Source: Candidatus Doudnabacteria bacterium
GTDB lineage: Bacteria; Patescibacteriota; Doudnabacteria; UBA920
Direction: 5' to 3'
DNA: 64,000 nucleotides
Assembly (NCBI GenBank): GCA_963768175.1
Contig: CAVYGQ010000001.1
Location: forward strand, 5,908-69,907
Made by a program: the position numbers and the translations under genes. This document shows positions 57,869 to 64,000 of this stretch, one piece after another. Under the pieces are notes generated by a model. The model was given only the letters and a program-made list of their open reading frames with translations, was not told where the DNA came from and did no database searches. Position 1 is the stretch's first letter, and every line of letters begins with the position of its first letter.

Positions 57869-58552
57869 ATGGGTCATAAGATAAATCCGACATCGTTTAG
57901 AATGAATATTACCGAAGGCTGGAAATCCAGATGGTTTTCCAAGGGGCATTTTTCCAAGCAGCTCATGGAAGACGTAAAAATACGTGAATATTTGGAACTG
58001 CACTTAAAGAAAGCCGGCTTGGTAAGAATTGATATTGAGAGATTAAACGATGGAACAATCACGGTAATCATCAGAACCACCAAACCCGGGTTGATTATTG
58101 GCAAAGGCGGCGCAGGAATTGAGGAATTAAAAAAGAAAGTTAAAACCAAATTGGGAATTAAGCAGGAGCTCAAGATTAATATAGAGGAAGTCCGCGACGT
58201 GAATTTGCAGGCCCAGGTTATTGCCAACGGCATTGCCGAACAGCTGGAAAAGCGCGTGGCTTTCCGCAGGCTGATGAAACAGAGCCTGGAGCAGATTATG
58301 AACGCCGGAGCCAAGGGTGCCAAAGTCGCTATTGGCGGACGGCTAAACGGGGCGGACATTGCCCGCACGGAGCATTTGTCGAACGGCAAAATTCCTCTTC
58401 ACACCCTTCGCGCCGATATCGACTTTGCGAGAGCGACTGCATTTACAACCTACGGCACGGTCGGGATAAAGGTTTGGATTTATAAAGGAGATGTGTTTGA
58501 GGACAAGAAATCCGGCGGTAAGACTAAAGTTATTGAATCGGAGAAAGTTTAG
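57869..58552 (+). CDS. rpsC: 30S ribosomal protein S3
   Basis: MGHKINPTSFR...KH domain... Confidence 0.95.
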   Translation: MGHKINPTSFRMNITEGWKSRWFSKGHFSKQLMEDVKIREYLELHLKKAGLVRIDIERLNDGTITVIIRTTKPGLIIGKGGAGIEELKKKVKTKLGIKQELKINIEEVRDVNLQAQVIANGIAEQLEKRVAFRRLMKQSLEQIMNAGAKGAKVAIGGRLNGADIARTEHLSNGKIPLHTLRADIDFARATAFTTYGTVGIKVWIYKGDVFEDKKSGGKTKVIESEKV

Positions 58553-58670
58553 TAGATATCTGTCTTTACTAACTACTAATCTTTACGAATATACTAAACC
58601 GTGAAGTCAGCATCAGTATATTGGTACCAATTAGTAGTTAGTAAATTAAGTAAGATAATCAAGTATATCT

Positions 58671-59087
58671 ATGTTTATACCGAAAAAATTAAAGCACAGA
58701 AAGCATCATCGCGGGACCACTAAAGGGCAGGCGACGGCCGGCCAGGAAATTGCGTTCGGCCAGTATGCCTTAAAGGCTTTGGAAAGTTCCTGGGTAACGG
58801 CCCGGCAAATTGAAGCCGCCAGGCGCGCCATGACCAGATACGTCCAGCGCGGCGGTAAAATTTGGATTCGCGTGTTTGCCGATAAGCCCGTAACTTTGCA
58901 CGGCAACGAAAGCCCGATGGGCGGCGGAAAAGGCGCGGTGGACCATTTTGTCAGCGTGGTTAAAAAAGGCAAAATATTATTCGAAATGGACGGGGTTACC
59001 AAGGAGCAGGCCCAGGAAGCCATGAGGTTAGCCAGCTACAAGTTACCGGTTAAATCCAGATTTTTAACAAAGGAACATCAAGGGTAG
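58671..59087 (+). CDS. rplP: 50S ribosomal protein L16
   Basis: [15 protein letters not shown]... Confidence 0.95.
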   Translation: MFIPKKLKHRKHHRGTTKGQATAGQEIAFGQYALKALESSWVTARQIEAARRAMTRYVQRGGKIWIRVFADKPVTLHGNESPMGGGKGAVDHFVSVVKKGKILFEMDGVTKEQAQEAMRLASYKLPVKSRFLTKEHQG

Positions 59088-59160
59088 GTTAGTAGTATGT
59101 TGTAAGTTGGTAAGCAGCAAGTTACTTACAACTCTACAACTTAGAACTTACAACTTTTTT

Positions 59161-59355
59161 ATGAAGTACAAAGAACTTACAATCAAGACCGAAGCTGAAG
59201 TCAGGCAGCTGCTAATGGAGCTTCGCGAGAAGAGCCACGATTTATCGGTAAAGCTCAAGTTGAACCAGCTTAAAAATACCAAAGAGTTGGGCGCGGTAAA
59301 AAAAGACATCGCGAAGATAATGTTTTACTTGCACTCACGAAAAAGTAAACAATAG
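59161..59355 (+). CDS. rpmC: 50S ribosomal protein L29
   Basis: MKYKELTIKTEAEVRQLLMELREK...; start moved to the ATG at 59161. Confidence 0.8.
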   Translation: MKYKELTIKTEAEVRQLLMELREKSHDLSVKLKLNQLKNTKELGAVKKDIAKIMFYLHSRKSKQ

Positions 59356-59367
59356 CAATCCAGTTTT

Positions 59368-59444
59368 GGCGTCATCCTGAACGCAGTGAAGGATCTTAAA
59401 TATAGAGAAAAGAGATTCTTCGCGTACCGCTTAGGAATGACGCC
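59368..59444. repeat. MITE-like element, GGCGTCATCCTGA family, between rpmC and rpsQ
   Basis: ggcgtcatcctgaacgcagtgaaggatct...ttaggaatgacgcc. Confidence 0.7.
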
Positions 59445-59461
59445 GAAGGGAAAATCAATTT

Positions 59462-59707
59462 ATGGATAAAATTTCAAAAAAACAACAGCTCATCGGCATC
59501 GTCGTGTCTGATAAAATGGATAAGACCGTCGTGGTTAAAGTTGACATGAGAAAGCGCCACCCCAAATATAAGAAAGCTTATACCATTTCCAAAAAATTCA
59601 AGGCGCATGATGAAAACGAAGAGTACAAAATCGGCGACAGGGTGGTTATAGAATCCATTCGGCCGATGAGCAAAGAAAAGAAGTTTAAGGTTATAAGTAA
59701 AGCATAG
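59462..59707 (+). CDS. rpsQ: 30S ribosomal protein S17
   Basis: [16 protein letters not shown]... Confidence 0.95.
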   Translation: MDKISKKQQLIGIVVSDKMDKTVVVKVDMRKRHPKYKKAYTISKKFKAHDENEEYKIGDRVVIESIRPMSKEKKFKVISKA

Positions 59708-59819
59708 ACCGCTGAATGGACGCTGATAGGGACGCTGAAAAAACGCTGAGAGCATAATCTCAGCTCAGCGACATGTCAGCGTAGTAATCAGCGACCAATC
59801 AGCGGAATAAGCAATATAT

Positions 59820-60212
59820 ATGCTACAAGTACGATCCTACATTAAAATAGCGGATAACACCGGCGCGAAAGTCGTCAATGTTTTCAGCGTCAACGGGAAA
59901 AACAGCAACCGGTTTGCCAGGATTGGCGATGTTGTAGCCGGCTCGGTAAGGCAGGTATCGCCGAATGCCAATATAAAAAAAGGCGATAAAGTTTATGCGG
60001 TAATTGTCCGTTTGCGCAAGGAAATAAGGCGCAAGGACGGTTCATACATCCGTTTTGACGAGAATGCCGGCGTGCTTGTAGACAAAGAATCGGGCGAGCC
60101 CAAAGGTACCCGCATTTTCGGCCCCGTCCCCCGGGAAATCCGCGAGAAGGCCAAAGGTAATTACGAAGATGGGTTTAAAAAAATAGTATCATTAGCTCCC
60201 GAGGTCATTTAA
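59820..60212 (+). CDS. rplN: 50S ribosomal protein L14
   Basis: [17 protein letters not shown]... Confidence 0.93.
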   Translation: MLQVRSYIKIADNTGAKVVNVFSVNGKNSNRFARIGDVVAGSVRQVSPNANIKKGDKVYAVIVRLRKEIRRKDGSYIRFDENAGVLVDKESGEPKGTRIFGPVPREIREKAKGNYEDGFKKIVSLAPEVI

Positions 60213-60225
60213 GAACTACCAGATT

Positions 60226-60298
60226 GGCGTCATCCTGAACGCAGTGAAGGATCTCCTCAAAGGAAAAGAGATTCCTCGCCCCGCTCGGGATGACGTCG
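60226..60298. repeat. MITE-like element, GGCGTCATCCTGA family, between rplN and rplX (near-identical to the copy at 59368-59444)
   Basis: ggcgtcatcctgaacgcagtgaaggatctc...ctcgggatgacgtcg. Confidence 0.7.
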
Positions 60299-60320
60299 AT
60301 GGGGGCAATAAATTTATTAT

Positions 60321-60641
60321 ATGAGCAACAAACTAAAGATTAGAACCGGCGATACCGTCAAGCTGTTGTCCGGCAAGGACAAAGGCAAGACCGGTAAGGT
60401 TATAAAGGTTTTTCCCAAAACGGGCAAGCTCGTGGTTGAAGGTGTAAACTCAAAAACCAGGTTTGAGCGTTCCAAGAAGGCGGGGGACTCCGGAAAGAAA
60501 ATAACCTTTTTTGCTTCACTCTTTGCCTCCAAGGTTATGCTGGTAGATCCGAATTCGGGAAACCCCACCAGGGTTTCATTTACAATTTTAGAAAACGGCA
60601 ACAAACAAAGAATCGGAAAGGACAGCGGAAAAGCTATATAG
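60321..60641 (+). CDS. rplX: 50S ribosomal protein L24
   Basis: KIRTGDTVKLLSGKDKGKTGKV KOW motif. Confidence 0.95.
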   Translation: MSNKLKIRTGDTVKLLSGKDKGKTGKVIKVFPKTGKLVVEGVNSKTRFERSKKAGDSGKKITFFASLFASKVMLVDPNSGNPTRVSFTILENGNKQRIGKDSGKAI

Positions 60642-60742
60642 CTCTACTAAATACTAAAAGGAGCGAAATACGAAATATAGAAAATCCCAAGTTTAGTATT
60701 TAGTTCCCTTTCGTATTTAGTAGAAAAATTTATTTAAATTTT

Positions 60743-61282
60743 ATGGAAAGACTTCAGGAACAATATAATAAGAAAATCGTCCCGGCTTTGAAAGAGAAGT
60801 TTGGTTTTAAGAATATTATGCAGGTGCCAAAAATCCTGAAAGTCGTGGTTAACGCCGGCGTGGGCAAATTTAAGGACGATAAAAAGAAAGTTGACCAGAT
60901 AGTGGAAGACATTAAAAAGATTACCGGGCAGGCGCCCATAAAGGCCAAAGCCAGAAAATCTATTGCCGGTTTTAAAGTCAGGGAAAACCAGGTTGTCGGG
61001 ATTGTCTGCACTTTAAGGGGTTTTAGGATGTATAGCTTCTTGGATAAACTGGTAAACGTGGCTTTACCAAGGGTCCGCGATTTTCAGGGCATTTCACTGG
61101 GCGGTTTTGACGGACGCGGTAATTATCATTTAGGCATTAAGGAGCATCTGGTTTTTCCGGAAATTTCCTCGGAAAGCCTGGAAAACATTTTTGGCCTGGA
61201 AGTATCGGTTGTCACCAACGCGAAGAAAGATGCGACTGCCGGGGAATTATTAACATTAATGGGATTCCCATTCAAGAAATGA
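60743..61282 (+). CDS. rplE: 50S ribosomal protein L5
   Basis: MERLQEQYNKKIVPALKEKFGF... Confidence 0.95.
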   Translation: MERLQEQYNKKIVPALKEKFGFKNIMQVPKILKVVVNAGVGKFKDDKKKVDQIVEDIKKITGQAPIKAKARKSIAGFKVRENQVVGIVCTLRGFRMYSFLDKLVNVALPRVRDFQGISLGGFDGRGNYHLGIKEHLVFPEISSESLENIFGLEVSVVTNAKKDATAGELLTLMGFPFKK

Positions 61283-61378
61283 CAAAAACGATGGAAATGA
61301 CAAAAATGAGCAAAAATAAACTACAGTTCTAATTTTTGTCATTTATTTAATTTTTTTAATTTTTGTTCATTAAACTTT

Positions 61379-61573
61379 ATGGCCACAGAAGCACAAATTG
61401 CAAAAGCAAAACGCAGCAGGATTAATCCGAAGTTTTCCACAAGACTCATCCGGCGCTGTTGGAAATGTGGGCGCAAAGCCGCATATATGAGGGATTTTGA
61501 TATGTGCAGGATTTGTTTTAGGGAGCTGGCTTCCAAGGGAGAAATCCCCGGAATAGTTAAAGCGTCCTGGTAG
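61379..61573 (+). CDS. rpsN: 30S ribosomal protein S14 (type Z, zinc-binding)
   Basis: [25 protein letters not shown]. Confidence 0.93.
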   Translation: MATEAQIAKAKRSRINPKFSTRLIRRCWKCGRKAAYMRDFDMCRICFRELASKGEIPGIVKASW

Positions 61574-61679
61574 AAATAATTTTCAATTCTTAATTTTCAA
61601 TTTTTAAACAATTTTCAATGAATAAATTTTCAATAACTAATATTAAAAATTAGAAATTGAAAATTGAAAATTTTACTCT

Positions 61680-62078
61680 ATGTACACCGATCCTATAGCC
61701 GACATGTTAACCCGCATCCGCAACGCAAGCTTAGCCCAAAAAGCCGAGCTGGTTTTACCGTATTCCAAATTCAAGGCTCGCCTTGCGGAGCTGTTGGTTA
61801 AATCGGGTTTCGTTGCCGGCTGCACTGAGATGCTTTCGGGCGATAACCATAAGTTATTGCAGATTAAATTAAAGTATTCGGGCGCGGGCGAGCCGGTTAT
61901 AGCCGGAATTAAAAGAGTCAGCAAGCCGGGCCAGCGGATATATTTGGCGGCCGACAAGTTGCCCAGGACTAACAGCGGATACGGCGTAACGGTAGTTTCC
62001 ACTTCCAAGGGCTTGATGACGGACAAAGAAGCCCGCAAGTTAAAAGTCGGCGGCGAGGTTGTGTGCCAGGTTTGGTAG
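61680..62078 (+). CDS. rpsH: 30S ribosomal protein S8
   Basis: DPIADMLTRIRNA. Confidence 0.95.
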   Translation: MYTDPIADMLTRIRNASLAQKAELVLPYSKFKARLAELLVKSGFVAGCTEMLSGDNHKLLQIKLKYSGAGEPVIAGIKRVSKPGQRIYLAADKLPRTNSGYGVTVVSTSKGLMTDKEARKLKVGGEVVCQVW

Positions 62079-62179
62079 TATAAATGAAAAGTCCAAAAAC
62101 CAAAATGTTAAATAAATGATTCCGCCAAAGGCGGAAACCTAAATTTTAAACTTTGATATTTACATTTTAATTTTCTTTT

Positions 62180-62734
62180 ATGAGCAGAATAGGGAAAAAA
62201 CCAGTAGCCCTTCCTTCCGGCGTCAAGGCCGAAAAAAAAGATTTAACTTTGACCGTTACCGGTCCCAAAGGGATTTTGGTTTTGTCTTTGCATCCTAAAG
62301 TGGGAGTTACCGTAAGCGAAAAAGAAATTTTGGTTGACGTAAAGAGCAAAGATAACAAGCGCGAAAAAGCCCTGTGGGGACTATTCCGTTCCTTAATCCA
62401 AAATATGGTTGAGGGCGTAACCAAAGGTTTTGAAAAGAAATTGGAAGTTGTGGGTGTGGGCTTTAAGGTTGCCACAACTCCGGGCAAACTGACTTTAAAT
62501 TTGGGTTTTTCCCATCCGATAGTTGTTGAGGTACCGAAAGAGTTGACCATTGCCGTGGATAAAAACACCATCAGCATTTTTGGCGCCGATAAGCAGAAAG
62601 TCGGGCAGTTTGCCGCCGAAGTCCGCGAATTAAAAAAACCCGAGCCATATAAAGGCAAGGGCATTAAATATATAGACGAAGTGATTTTGAGAAAAGCGGG
62701 TAAGGTTGTTAAAGTGGTCGGGGGAGGAAAGTAG
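62180..62734 (+). CDS. rplF: 50S ribosomal protein L6
   Basis: MSRIGKKPVALPSGV. Confidence 0.95.
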   Translation: MSRIGKKPVALPSGVKAEKKDLTLTVTGPKGILVLSLHPKVGVTVSEKEILVDVKSKDNKREKALWGLFRSLIQNMVEGVTKGFEKKLEVVGVGFKVATTPGKLTLNLGFSHPIVVEVPKELTIAVDKNTISIFGADKQKVGQFAAEVRELKKPEPYKGKGIKYIDEVILRKAGKVVKVVGGGK

Positions 62735-62837
62735 AAAAAATTGACAAGATTGACATAATTGAGCAAGAATGACAAGAATGGACTGCAGTTAAATCATGTC
62801 AATTATTTAATTCATTTAAATCTTGATCAATCAAACT

Positions 62838-63191
62838 ATGAACAAGCAAAGGCAAAAAAGAATAAAGCGAGCCATCCGCCATCAAAGGGTAAGGAGCAGG
62901 GTAACGGGGACAGAAGGTAAGCCCAGGCTTTCGGTTTTTAAGGCTAACCGGCATATTTACGCCCAGTTAATAGATGACGGCGCCGGCAAAACATTAGTTT
63001 CCGCTTCCAGTTTGGAAGTTAAATCCAAGGGCAAAAAAAGCGATATTGCCAAAGAAGTGGGCAAGCTGGTCGCATCCAAAGCTTTGGCAAAGAAAATTAA
63101 GGCAGTGAAATTTGACCGCGGCGGTTTTGCGTATCACGGCAGGATTAAAGCCTTGGCGGAAGGCGCCAGGGAAGGCGGATTAGAATTTTAA
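62838..63191 (+). CDS. rplR: 50S ribosomal protein L18
   Basis: [37 protein letters not shown]. Start moved to the ATG at 62838. Confidence 0.92.
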   Translation: MNKQRQKRIKRAIRHQRVRSRVTGTEGKPRLSVFKANRHIYAQLIDDGAGKTLVSASSLEVKSKGKKSDIAKEVGKLVASKALAKKIKAVKFDRGGFAYHGRIKALAEGAREGGLEF

Positions 63192-63268
63192 ATATTAGGG
63201 GAGTAGGTTAGTAGGAAAGTAGCCAGTAGGCTACTGACCTACCATCCTACCAGCTACAGGGCTAAACT

Positions 63269-63772
63269 ATGGAAAAAAGACGAAGACAATCAAATAGGGA
63301 AGGCTCAGAGCGGGAACGCAGCGAGTTTGACCAAAAAGTCGTGGAAGTTAAAAGGGTCACCCGCGTGGTTGCCGGCGGAAAAAGAATGCGCTTCCGCGCT
63401 CTGGTGGTTATTGGAAACCACAAAGGCAAGGTTGGCATGGGCTTAAAAAAAGGCGCGGATGTTGCCGAGAGCGTGAATAAAGCGGTGAACGCCGCCAAAA
63501 AGAATTTAATCATTTTGCCTCTGGTAAACGAAACAATCCCCCACGCCCTAAATGTTAAATACAAATCCAGCAGCCTGATGCTCAAACCGGCTAAGCCCGG
63601 TACCGGCGTTATTGCCGGCGGCGCAGTCCGCAGCGTTATGGATCTTTCCGGCGTTAAGAATGTGGTCTGTAAAATGCTTGGCAGCAACAACAAAGTAAAC
63701 AACGTTAAAGCGGTTTTTTCGGCTTTCGGCAAAATGAAGAGCAAGGAAACACTTTGGCAGATGAGAAAATAA
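63269..63772 (+). CDS. rpsE: 30S ribosomal protein S5
   Basis: VKRVTRVVAGGKRMRFRALVVIGN. Confidence 0.95.
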   Translation: MEKRRRQSNREGSERERSEFDQKVVEVKRVTRVVAGGKRMRFRALVVIGNHKGKVGMGLKKGADVAESVNKAVNAAKKNLIILPLVNETIPHALNVKYKSSSLMLKPAKPGTGVIAGGAVRSVMDLSGVKNVVCKMLGSNNKVNNVKAVFSAFGKMKSKETLWQMRK

Positions 63773-63859
63773 TTATCCACCAATTCGCGAATCACCACTA
63801 ATCACACTAGACAATTTCGTGGTATTCGTGCAATTAGTGAATTGGTGGGCAAACAATTT

Positions 63860-64000
63860 ATGCTAAGACTCCACGAACTTCATAAACATCCTAAATCCAC
63901 CCACCGCCGCAAAGTTGTCGGGCGCGGTCTTGGAAGCGGCCACGGCACTTATTCCACGCGCGGCGGCAAAGGGCAGACAGCCAGAACCGGACACAGCAAG
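63860..64000 (+). CDS. rplO: 50S ribosomal protein L15 (3' truncated by the window), directly after rpsE with no L30 gene
   Basis: MLRLHELHKHPKSTHRRKVVGRGLGSGHGTYSTRGGKGQTARTGHSK. Confidence 0.85.
   Translation, partial: MLRLHELHKHPKSTHRRKVVGRGLGSGHGTYSTRGGKGQTARTGHSK

Noticed and set aside
46801-59816. Short tandem ACGCTGA / ACGCGGAA units that could be mistaken for a CRISPR array
   Set aside because: The units are 7-8 bp with no spacers, and there are no cas genes. These are simple tandem motifs, not CRISPRs.

Overview
This 64 kb bacterial chromosomal window has moderate GC (~47%) and standard code 11. Gene content and order suggest a CPR/Patescibacteria-like lineage: the str-S10-spc ribosomal cluster runs rpsL-rpsG-fusA ... 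tuf ... rpsJ-rplC-rplD-rplW-rplB-rpsS-rplV-rpsC-rplP-rpmC-rpsQ-rplN-rplX-rplE-rpsN-rpsH-rplF-rplR-rpsE-rplO with no L30 gene, and several ribosomal proteins are expanded. Upstream are a giant tandem-repeat surface protein (>2,600 aa, with a CBM-like domain), a tRNA-Arg locus nested inside a degenerate copy of itself beside a tyrosine recombinase, rpsO-pnp, tgt, glyQS, peptidases, nfo, metG, tatD, leuS, tsaC, glyA, parB, maf, purH, tRNA-Leu and tRNA-Pro. Two features stand out. First, the region carries several families of short palindromic or TIR-bounded mini-elements (MITE/RPE-like). They sit in nearly every intergenic gap of the ribosomal operon, directly 5' of start codons, and also as in-frame insertions inside conserved genes (tgt, tsaC, rplD, an ATP-grasp gene, pepP, tatD, nfo, purH, fusA, rplV). 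Second, leuS carries an internal ~185-aa YdeN/RBBP9-like serine-hydrolase domain. Other notable points are a lipoprotein gene inserted between rplB and rpsS, two GC-rich (~60%) paralogous minus-strand genes in island-like contexts (one frameshifted, beside tRNA-Pro), and several 1-nt frameshifts in otherwise conserved genes (giant protein, glyQS, nfo, rplD), which may be assembly indels. No CRISPR array, rRNA or recognisable defence operon was seen.
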